This document shows positions 27,401 through 39,400 of a DNA stretch of 60,000 nt, one piece after another. This DNA is from Malacoraja senta (lineage: Eukaryota), in the NCBI GenBank assembly GCA_038087875.1, contig CM075988.1:8000001-8060000 (forward strand), given 5' to 3'. The first letter of the stretch is position 1. The number at the start of each line of letters is the position of its first letter. The position numbers were made by a program, and so were the translations under genes. The notes below the pieces were generated by a model, which saw only the letters and a list, made by a program, of their open reading frames with translations, had not been told where the DNA came from and searched no databases.

Positions 27401-30400
27401 CTCTGGAGAGAAGGAATGGGTGACGTTTCGGGTCGAGACCCTTCTTCAGACTCTGTTAAACAGAGGGCAGCTTCCGTGCTATATTTCTCTATGACTCTGT
27501 CTCAAAGAGCTGAGAAACCATGAAGCGCAGTTGTCATCAGTCTGAGGAAGGGTCCCGACCTGAAACATCACCAGTCTAAATAAGAGTCCCAACCCAAGAC
27601 TGTCTGTCCATTCCCTCCCTAAGTTCCTCCAGACCGTTTAATTTTGCATCTTCAGTTTCTTGTGTCTCTGAAACATAGTCACTGGCGGGATGTAGCAAGT
27701 GCAGCTGTTAGCTTACTGAGGGATAAGTGAACAGGAACATCGGGGAGAGATGCACATCATCCCATGCAATGGTTGATATCTACCTGAGTGGGCTTGACTC
27801 AATGCTTTACCATGATAGTGCAGCACATTCCCAGTAAGGCAGTGATGTGCTGGATCTTCACTGTTGATTGTTACATTCAGTCATAAACACATCTCAGCTT
27901 TATGTTACTGGGTGGTGGTGGAAGGAGCAGAGGTGTATATTTCGTAGCAAGGTGGGTGTTGGGAGAGGGGTGGAAATCGATTTCCCCTTCTGATCGAATC
28001 GGTGCTTTGATTCAACAGGTACGAGGTGAACTCTGATCACACAATAAGGATTCATTACACAGCTCCGAGTGACTCCGGTGTCTACACCTGCCTGGCTGAG
28101 AATGCAGTGGGTTCAGCTGCTGCCTCTGCCTCCCTCGCAGTACGAGGTATGTGTGAGTTTGCTATGGTTCACCCTGGTGGGAAACCTAACGGTGGCGTTA
28201 ACTGAAACCACACCCAGTCACAAGCAGTGGGGGGAAGAAATGTATGACTGAAAGCAGATAATGGCATGAATTATGTGAATAAGTGGGTCTCCATGTTGTA
28301 ACTCAGCGTTTCTCAACCGGGGTTCCTCGGAATGCTCGGGGTTCTGAGAGAAATAGTGATAAATGGGCTAATCATATGTAAATGCATTTTTGAGTCATTT
28401 TTGTGTTTAATTTCATATTCGTAATTTTATTATACACGTACATCATATTTAGCGACGTCTATTTAGCATATTTAGTTACATCATATTTAGCGACGTCTAT
28501 ACGGCGCCAGTGTGAAACGACCTTTAGTGGTCAGTGGACAGGAGCTGTAGATAGATAGATAGATAGATAGATTTTATTCTTGTCATTTGAACCTCAAAGA
28601 GGCTCAAACGAAACTCCGTTTCCACAGCCATACAAACAAAACAATTCCTACACGACACACAAACAATTCAATTTACAGAAAAAACATCCATCACAGTGAA
28701 TCTCCTCCTCACTGTGATGGAAGGCAAAGTCTTTTCTCTCCCCTGCACCATTTTGCTCCCGATGTTGAAGCCCCAGGCGGGCAATGTTAAGTCCCACGGC
28801 CGTTGAGGCCGCACCGGGCGGTGTACTGCTTCGCTCCGGGCCCAAAAGTCACCAAGTTGGAGCCCCCGGCGGGCGCTGGAATATCCCGCGGCCATTAAAG
28901 CCGCGCCGGGCGATGTAAGGCCCCGCTCCGGGTCGTTCCAAACCCGCGACACGGGCGGGAGAAGTTGCGTTGCGGGAGCTCCGGAAAGCGGTCTCTCACC
29001 CGGACCCGCGAGCTCCCGATATCACTGTCCGCGACTGGAGCCCCCAGGTCGTCCCGGTCGGAGGCCGCTCCACGGAGCTAGGCCCCAACGACAACGGAGA
29101 CCCGACAGGGAAAAGGTCGGGTCTCCCGTGCAGGGAAGAGATTTTTTAAAGTTTCCCCCTCCCCCCCCGCCCCCCCCGCCCCCCACATATACACAGTTAA
29201 AAACAGTATAAAAAAACCCACAAACAACTACATTTACCGAGACAAAAATTAAAAAAAGACAAACGGACTGCAGTCGAGCCGCTGCCGTTAGGCACCGCCA
29301 CACCCACATGCGTGTGACGGATTCATGTATCATCAAGTAACTCACTTGAGTACAGACGCATGCACCGCCTCCGTCAGTCCTGTTTGTGCTTCTTGGCATG
29401 CAGGTACAGTCCCTCATTCACCCACGTTATTTAATAATTTTTACCTATCATTTAGGGATGTTATATGAATTATATGATTTCAGGTTTTTTTTATATGATT
29501 TTAAGTTCTTTTTTGCTTAAACCAGTTATCAGAAAAATATATTATGTTTGTCTTATGAACTTTATGAAAGAGAAAGAAAGAGATTAATAAAGATCTAATA
29601 ATTTTTATGTAGGGGTTCCCTGAGACATGAACATTATTTCAAAGATTCTGCTAGGGTAAAAAGGTTGAGAAACGCTGTTCTAACTGGTTAAAACAGTGAA
29701 GTAGTGTATTGACAGCAGCAATTTCTAATGAAATAGTTCTTTTTACTCGCATACTGTAGTACATTAAACTCAATTGATAAACTGCAACTAACGTCTCTTG
29801 ATGTGAATGGGGCCAACAGGTTGAGGGGAGACCTGATAAAATAATATAAAATGACAAGAGGCATAGATAGGACATGTAGTCAGAACCTGTATGTCAGGGT
29901 GGAAACGTCAAGGGTAAGTGGGCAGAGCCTTAAGGTCAGAGAGAGGAAGATGTGTGGGGCAAGTTTACATGGAGTGGTGGATATCTGGAATGTGCTGCCA
30001 GGGGTGGTGGTGGAAGCAGATACAACAGCGGCATATAATTAGATGGGCAATGCATACTGTATTGAATGGAAGGATATGGATCATATGCTGGTAGTGGAGG
30101 TATGTTCAGCACAGATAGTGTGCGCCACAGAGCCTGTTCCTTTGCTACAATGTTCTATGTTCATTGCTCTAGGATCTTATTGATCCTTTGCTAGCCATCA
30201 ATAACGTCATCCATGCATTCAGACTATGTAATCCTTAGTGAACCAACTGGTCTTTTTCTGTCTTGCACTGTTATGGGGCTGTCCCACTGTACGAGCTAAG
30301 TCAAGAGTTCTCCCGAGTTTCCCCTAATTCGAACTCGGAGAATTACGGTAATAGCCGCTTGTAGGTACTCGGGGCTCTCGTGGACATTTTTCAACGTTGA

Positions 30401-33400
30401 AAAATCTTCATGAGTCTTCCCGAGCTTACCGCGTTTCCCGTGTACCTGCCGTTAGCGTGTTACGAGCCGCTAAGAGACGTCCCGAGCTCCGATGTACCTG
30501 CAACGTACATTCTACGTGCTTACCACGAGTTTGATTTTTTTTAAACTCGGGAGAACTCTTGAATTAGCTCGTACAGTGGGACAGCCCCTTTATGGGTTCA
30601 ATATTTATGACCCCTCACGCTGAAGAGACAAATAGAGTAGGAACAACAAATGATGGTTGGTGCAGTTGATCCGCATTAAATGAAACATAATTGCGCATGA
30701 CTGCTGTTATTGTGGCATGTTATTATTACCTTCAGATGCTCTTGACACTGGTGAGAGGGAGAGACAAGAGGACACCCAAAGGCAGATGCTGGATGTCCGT
30801 GTACACCTGGCCAACATTACCATTCTTCCATCATCTTCGCATGTCCATCTTCACTGGAAGGTGTGCCTCTGATCTACTTACCTAATTTCAGGACATTACC
30901 ACTTGATTCTAGACACAATTGTCATGCACTTCACTCTATTCAGCGTGATGCTATGCATATATTCTTGCGCTGTGTGTATAGTTTAGAAATCATAGTATGT
31001 TTTGGAAGGTGTTCTCCATTATATCTGCAGTGAGCCAAGGGAGGAACAGCAGTGTAACTGAATGACCAAAGCAGTGACCTGGCCGGGTAATCCAGGGACA
31101 TGAATTCCACCCAAGCTGCAGGAGAATTTAATATCATAAATCAATCTCGAATAGAAAGCAAGATTCTGTGATTTTTGACACAATTGGAATATTGTAAAAT
31201 GTATCTGATCTGCTAATGGTGTCTTTATTCTCACATGTACCAAGGCCCAGTGAAATACTTTTCCTTCAGCAAGACTCACCACACATCAGCTCAATCCCCA
31301 TGTTAGTACAGAAATTACAAAACAGCCCACTGATTATATATGTAAGAGGCGCCATTTTACAGTTCCAGATACAGCTGTCCATCTTTGGAAAAGGAGTTTG
31401 CATTCCACCTGATCTAGTTGCAGCAGTCGTCTAGTTAATGAGCAGCAGTCACTGGCTGCCCCAGCAATGGCAACTGCCTGGGCGTGAATAAGATAGATAT
31501 CTTCCTCAAGAGTAAAAGTATCAATGGAGTGAACAAGACGTTTAGTTTAGTTCAGTTTAGTTTGGAGATACAGCATGGAAACAGGCCCTTCGGCCCTTCT
31601 GGGTCCGCACTGATCAGCGATCTAACACACTGTTACAAAATTTTGAGATTTAAAAAATAAAGTCTGCAATTTATCCCATCAGATAAAGCATAAAAGGAAG
31701 TTTAATTTGACACTTAATTCACTTTCATATCTTCAGTATTAAAAAAGTTATGGCCATTATCATACTCAGAAATTAGCATCTAGTTCCCTATTGCTTTTCC
31801 ATTGACTTAACACAAAAGCTGTGATCGAGGACAGTTAAAAGCCCATAACTTTCTTAAAAATTATGGTAACTGAAAGAAATTTTCAGGTATTATAGATTGA
31901 AGCATTCTGAAACAAATATGAAACAATCTTACTTCGAAGACATGAAAGTAAAGCATATAATTAGTTAGTTACCTAATTGTAGCTAATTACAAAATTCAAT
32001 TACTAGATCTAAACATCTATCAATTTCTTAAGAATAGATTAACATTTTTAAATAGCCTAAGTGTCCAAATAACATTCACACAATAATTCACAATATAACA
32101 TAATTTTTAAATCTAATTTTCATGAATTTACAGGCCAAATGGAAGGAATTGAATGTTTAATACCTGTAAATTAATGGGGATTTAATTCATCTTGCGAGTG
32201 AGAATTTCTGGAACGCGATCTTTTGGAACGTTCATTTGCGGTGAATTTAACCCCGTATTGGCATGAAAAATACTGCCGTTAATTCGGGGAATAAAATCAC
32301 CGTGTCGCATGAAAAAATGTGAATTAAAGGCTTCTTAAGAAGCACTTTTATACATTTAAAGAAAGCACTTTCGTTTACCTGTCCATTGTGTGAAATCTGT
32401 CCCCGTTATTGGCGTTGACGCTTCAGGAGCTGCTTTTAAAATGACTGTAGCGCTGACATTGACGATTTAATTTAAAAAAAAAATTCACAAAACGCCGGTA
32501 GGAACGATTTTGTCAGCGAAGGTTTGTACTCCAACAAAATATTTCCAGGACAAGGGAGGAGAAACCGCGTTTTAACCCCGCCCCCCCCTTAAAGGCGCCA
32601 AAATCGCGCACACGGCCAGTGGCAGAATTACAGCGCGACTGAAGGTAAGTTTTGTAACATACCTACTAGTACTATCCGACACACACTAGGGACAATTTAC
32701 ATTTATAACAAGCCAATTAACCTACAAACCTGCACGTCTTTGCAGTGTGGGAGGAAAACTAAGATCTCGGAGAAAACCCACACACGGTCATGGGGAGAAC
32801 GTACAAGCTCCATACAGACAGCACCCGTAGTCAGGATTGAACCCGGGTCTCTGGTGCTGCAAGGCAGTAATTCTACCACTACACCACCATGCCTTAACGC
32901 TTAATGCTTTAGCTGGCTTCTTCTTAGTATTTACTTTACTGATATACTCTGAATTTCTACCGCTGGAGTCTGAATTAAAGTATTGCATCATAATGTGATG
33001 AAAATAACCTCACTTTCCAAGTCTTTATCAGCTTCTACCTGTCTCGCAGGAGAATAAATTAAGTTGGTTCAATAGTGTAAAGTTTGCCGTAATGAGTTGG
33101 TAGCTCACCTCTCCTGCTCCTTCGTTACATCGGAGTCAATAGTAATGTGGGAAAGGGTGCAAATTGGGTTATCCACGCATTAATTGGTGTTTTACAGATT
33201 ATTATTATATGGCATGATTGGATCTTAACGTTCAGGATGATTATTGTGGATGATGAATGCAATCTCTGACTGTATCTGAAAGTGTCTGTATCTGAACCTT
33301 GTGATGTCATGAGCTTTCATGAACCAACCTTCCTTCCATTGACTCCATAAATACCTAATGCTCCCTCGGGAAGGCCAACAGCCCAATCAAGGACGCGTCA

Positions 33401-36400
33401 CGCCCTGGCCACTCCCTCTTCTCGCCTCTCCCATGCCAACCAAGGTGCCCCCATCTAAGATAATCTTATTTGCCCATATCCCCCTAAACTTTTCCTACCC
33501 ACGTACCTATCCAAGTGCGGTTGTAGTACCTGCCTCAACCTTCTCTTCTGGCAGCTCGCTCTATATACCCGCCACCCTCTAAGTGAAAGAGGGAAGATCC
33601 CGTATGTGCACTGGGCATGAGCCCAATCTGTGGCTGGATCCCTCGAATGTTAGCAGTGAAGTAATGTTCTATTTCCCACCAGCAGCTACCACCCTGATAA
33701 CATTGGAAACGGAGCGTCTAAAACGCCTTAATTTCCCCCAGGATTGTGGGGACTCATATTTTCTCAAGCAGCTCTCAAGCACTTCAGTCCTAAGGCTGCA
33801 AGCCATGCTTGTTTAAACCGGTCATCGTATGACACCCAATTCCATTTCACCGATTCCATTTCAAAAGTAACCTCGGATGCTGCTCACGTGAGAAGCGTCA
33901 CGACGTGGAATTACAGGACAGGGATCAGGATCTGGGAGTTGTGAGATACTGACTACTTCCCCCGAGCGAGAATAACTAATTCGGACTAATCCCTGTAATT
34001 CCACTTGATCTTCTCCTTTCATGCAGGTTATTAAAACCAATGCCCACAGGGGGCTGAAAGTAAGTTGTACTATCTGCATAAATCTCACTTGATTTCTGCC
34101 CTCTGCAGGTTCTTTCACAGCCGCAGTACGTTGAGGGATTTAATGTTTTCTTCCGTTGTATGGTGCCCCTGAGCACGGACTGGATGGTGCGCCAAGTTGC
34201 CGACCCAGAGGAACAGAATGCAGAGCTGACCACGCTGAGGAGGGGCTTCATGTACGAGTTCAAGGTTCAGGCGTACAGTGGGATGTTCTGTGGTCCCGAC
34301 AGTAACAGGAAGCAAGGAAGGATTCCAGAGGAAGGTGAGAGCAGGGCAGCAGATCGATGGGTGCCGATGTCTACAACCACTAGTTACACCAGAATGGGCC
34401 GGGGGATCGGTAGAATCGAGGAAGGTGTAACACAAGGGGAGACCCTGCAGCCCACTGTGTCTATGTCTGGTACAGGTTTAGACTTTAGAGAGATACAGCA
34501 CGGGAACAGGCACTTCGGCCCACCGAGTCCGTGCGATCACCCCATACATTAGCACTATCCTACACACTGGGGACAATTTACAATTTAACCAAATTAACCT
34601 ACATACCTGCGCATTTTTGGAGTGCGGGAGGAAACCGGAGCACCCAGAGAAAATCCACGGGGAGAACGTATAAACTCCATACCCGTAGCGGTAGCTGTTC
34701 AGACTGATCCTGCTTTCACCACACTGCATCAGTCTGAAGAATGGTGCAAAACTGAAACGTCGCCTATCCCTGTGCTCCTTGACCCGCTAAGTTACTCCAG
34801 CACAGTGGCACTTTTTCTGATTTGGAATCCTGCAGGTATTGGCATCCACATACAGTTTCTGCCTCCACCACCCATTTAGCCACCCCCTTAAATAAGCCCC
34901 TGAGGAACATATTTATTGTCATATCTTCTCTAATCCGCCTACTAATTATTATAAATTTATGCCGCTCGGTTTTTGAACTCTCAGGTGCACGAAACAAACC
35001 AGTCCCATTTATTTTGTTTTAACCCCTCCTTATTTTTTTACACTTCACAGATGTCTATTAGTCTTAAAGAAGGAACTGCAGATGCTGGAAAATCGAAGGT
35101 ACACAAAAATGCTGGAGAAACTCAGCGGGTGCAGCAGCATCTATGGAGCGAAGGAAATAGGTAACGTTTCGGGCCAAAACCCTTCTTCAGACTGATAGGG
35201 GGTCTCGAAGCCCTCCGTTTTTTCCTCGACCGTAGAAGCAATCTATACCCGGCCACTGACACCCTCCTCCGCCTAGCGGAGCTGGTACTTACACTTAATA
35301 ACTTTTCATTTGACTCCTCCCATTTCCTCCAAATACAAGGCGTAGCTATGGGCACACGCATGGGCCCCAGCTACGCCTGCCTCTTTGTCGGGTACGTAGA
35401 ACAATCCTTGTTCAATGCGTACCAGGGCCCCATCCCCGACCTCTACCTCCGCTACATCGATGATTGTTTTGGTGCCACATCCTGCACCCACACACAACTG
35501 ACTGACTTCATCCGCTTCACCACCAACTTCCATCCGGCACTCAAATACACCTGGACCATTTCGGACACTTCCCTACCATTCCTTGACCTCACTATCTCCA
35601 TCGCAGGTGATAGACTCCTTACCGACATCCACTACAAACCTACCGACTCCCATGGCTATCTGGACTACACTTCTTCCCACCCTGCTTCCTGTAAGGACTC
35701 CATCCCCCACTCCCAATTCCTCCGTCTATGCCGCATCTGCTCCCAGGATGAGGCGTTCCACACCAGGGCATCTGAAATGTCCTCATTCTTCAGGGAACGG
35801 GGGTTCCCCTCCTCCACCATAGATGAGGCTCGCACCAGGGTCTCTGCCATACCCCGCAACACTGATCTCTCTCCCCATCCCCCCACTCACAACAAAGGCA
35901 GAGTCCCCCTAGTCCTCACCTTTCACCCCACCAGCCGTCACATACAACAAGTGATCCTCCGTTAGTTTCGCCACCTCCAACGTGACCCCACCACTCGCCA
36001 CATCTTCCCATCTCCCCCCATGTCTGCCTTCCGCAAAGACCGCTCCCTCCGTAACTCCCTTGTCAATTCTTCCCTTCCCTCCCATACTACCCCCTCCCCT
36101 GGTACTTTCCCTTGCAACCGCAAGAGATGCAACACTTGTCCCTTCACCTCCCCCCTCCACTCCATTCAAGGACCCAAGCAGTTGTTCCAGGTGCGACAGA
36201 GGTTCACCTGCATCTCCTCCAACCTCATCTATTGCATTCGCTGCTCTAGATGCCAGCTGATCTACATCGGTGAGACCAAGCGGAGGCTTGGCGATCGTTT
36301 CGCCAAACACCTCCGGTCGGTCCGCAATAACCAACCTGAACTCCCGGTGGCTCAGCACTTCAACTCCCCCTCCCATTCCGTATCTGACCTCTCTGTCCTG

Positions 36401-39400
36401 GGTCTCCTCCATGGCCACAGCGAGCAACACCGTAAATTGGAGGAAATGCACCTCATATTCCGCTTGGGCAGTCTACATCCTGGGGGCTTGAACATTGAAT
36501 TCTCCCAATTCTGCTAGCCCTTGCTGTCCCCTCCCCTTCATCAGCCCTCTGGTTGTCTCCTCCCCTCCCCCAGCCCTCGGGCTCCTCCTCCGCCTTTTCC
36601 TTTTTTCCTTTCTTCTCCCCACCCCCTATCAGTCTGAAGAAGGGTTTCGGCCCGAAACGTTACCTATTTCCTTCGCTCCATAGATGCTGCTGCACCCGCT
36701 GAGTTTCTCCAGCATTTTTGTGTACCTGTCTATTAGTCTTCTCTGTTGTGAAGTTAAAATCCTAAGCTGAGACAATCTTTCCTCTTGCAATTTGAAAGTA
36801 GGGAAATAATGTTGAATATTATTATCGTCTGGCAGCATGGATAATGGTTACTTTAGCCTTTGGGGAACCGATTAGGGACTGGAAGTCACAGATATAAAAG
36901 AAAGGGTAGGAGAATTGAGAGTGATCTGAGGAAAGACGTGATCATGCTGTGAGTGTCTGGAATCTAGAATGCGCAGTGTAGTGCCACAGTGGTGGAGCCC
37001 TAGAGCTGCTGCCTCACAGAGCCAGAGATCAGGGTTCAATCCTGACCTCGGCTGCTGTCTGTGTGGAGTTTGCATGTTCTCACTGTGACCACGTGGGTTT
37101 CCTCTGGGTACCCACATCCCAGTCATGCAGATTTGTAGGTTAATTAGCCCCTATCAACTTGTCCCTAGTGTGTAGGGATTAGATGCAAAAGTAGGATAAC
37201 ATAGAACTAATATGAATGGGTGATGGGTGGTCAGCATGGACTTGATGGGCCAAAGGGCCTTTTTCCCTGCTTTCTCACAAAACTGAACTAAACCAAGTTG
37301 GTGGAGGTAGTATCCTGTGAGAGGAAAGTGATGTAGTGAGGAAGTTCTGTTTTAAACAAAAAGAGCTATTACAGATTCTATTGAGGTAGTAAAGACAGAC
37401 TCTGTAAAACCTATAATTTCACAGAATTATCCCTGCACAATGTCCCCCTCACATTTGGCACAGTTCCTTTAAACCATTCCAATGTTTTATGGATTGAAGT
37501 GGTTGGTGAAATCTTTAATGGTGTGAGTAGTTGACAGTGACTAGTAATCTGCCGTCTCTTGTGTCTCATGTTCAGTACCCGACGCTCCCCCTGATGGTGT
37601 TATCATTGCGACCACAGAAAGGAGGAATGACAGTATTGTGGTCAGCTGGAAGCCACCTCCTCCCGAGTCTCACAACGGCATCATTAAAGGTTACAAGGTA
37701 CGATGACTGTGGGTAAGAGTGGAATGGGACTCGTTTATCGTCCCGGAAAGCTGTCAATAAAGGGCCTGTCTCACTCGGGCATCATTTGAGCGTCACGCAG
37801 GTGGCGCGCGAAGATTTTGTGAATCCCAAAATCCTGGGGCGCCGCGCGCGACCGCGCGTCACTGCCTACGTCACCATGCACCATGCGTGGATCACGTGCG
37901 TGTCACGACCGCGTAAATTATGTTGTGTAAGTGTCGCGCATATGACGCCCAAGTGGGACAGGCCCTTAATGGTTCAATTGCAGACTGCAGAGTTAGATTT
38001 CTGAAGAAAAGGTTTCATGGTTGGCTGCATGAACTGAAATCCCAATGAAAATTGATAGCCCCTTAGATGGACTCATGGATATGCAGGGAATGTAGGGATA
38101 TGGATTAGTTTAGGATTGTGTTAGGCACAGACATGGTGGGCCGAAGGGCTGTTCCTGTACTGTACTGATTCTGAATTCTGAATTCTGAAAAAGTAGGATT
38201 CTGAAGAGACCCTTCAGCCCATTGAGTCTGCACTGACCATCAAGCACCCTCTGATACATTAATCCAATCCTAACCCATTTTATTCTCTCGACATTCCCAT
38301 CAATTCCTCCCGGATTCTCGATCTCCTCTGCACACAGTAATGAATTCACGGTGTCCAATTAAACTACCAACCAGTGTGATATTGGGATTACCGTACTTTA
38401 GAGATATTGCATGGAAACAGGCCCTTCATCCCATTGACTCTTCAGTCCAGTGAACCGACACACTAGGGACAATTTACAAAGCCAATTAACCAATAAACCT
38501 GCACGCCTTTGGATTGTGGGACGAAACCAGGGCACCCGGGGAAAACCCACGCGGCCACAGGGAGAACGTGCAATCTCCGTACAGACGGCAGGTGTAGTCA
38601 GAATCGAACCCGAATCTCTGGCATTGTTTCGGTAGCAGCTCTACCGCTGCTCCACTGTGCCACCCAAATGTGGAAGTAAACAGAGGCATCTGGAGCAAAC
38701 TCTTGCAGTAATGAGGAGAAAGTGCAAACTCTACACATACTGGAGCACCAGAGGTCAGGATTAAACCTCGGCAGCTTGAACTGTGGGGCAGTGCCTCCAC
38801 TTGCTGCAACACTTGGGCTCCACATTACCCTTGCAGGTAATGAATGTGGCTCACTCACCTCAAATTCCGAAAAGGAGGGATCAATGGAAATATTTAAACA
38901 GGATGGAGATAATGTTGTGAAAGATTGGAGGAGTGAAGCTTCTGAGGAACTGGCATAGAAGAGTTGAGGCCTGTATGGTTGACCATGTTGAATGGTGGGC
39001 CGGCTGGACAATGCTACTCCTCCTCCTATTCACAACATAGCACATGGAGCAGTACAGCACAGGAACAAGCTCCTTGCCACACAATGTCTGTGCCAAACAT
39101 GATGCCAAGATAGACACAAAATGCTGGAGTAACTCCGCGGGTCAGGCAGCATCTCTGGAGACAAGGAACAGGTGACGTTTTGGATCGAGACTGAGCCTTC
39201 AGTCTGAAGAAGGGTCTCGACCCGAAAGGTCACCTGTTGCTTTTCTCCAGGGATGCTGCCTGACCTGCTGAGTTACTCCAGCATTATGTGTCTATCTTCG
39301 GTCTAAACCTTTCCTACACATGATGCCAAGATATGATTTGCTTGCATTCTTGCATAGTTGATACAGAATGCTTTCTCTTCTTTCCTTGGTGATAGGTTTG

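Larger units (their letters stand above)
35066..36726 (+). mobile_element. Penelope-like retroelement (Neptune-like), 5'-truncated, with inverted terminal repeat
   Basis: RT + GIY-YIG frame; left arm 35066-35201 is the inverted copy of the right end 36622-36726; exact 14-bp TSD TGTCTATTAGTCTT at 35052-35065 and 36727-36740. Confidence 0.93.
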
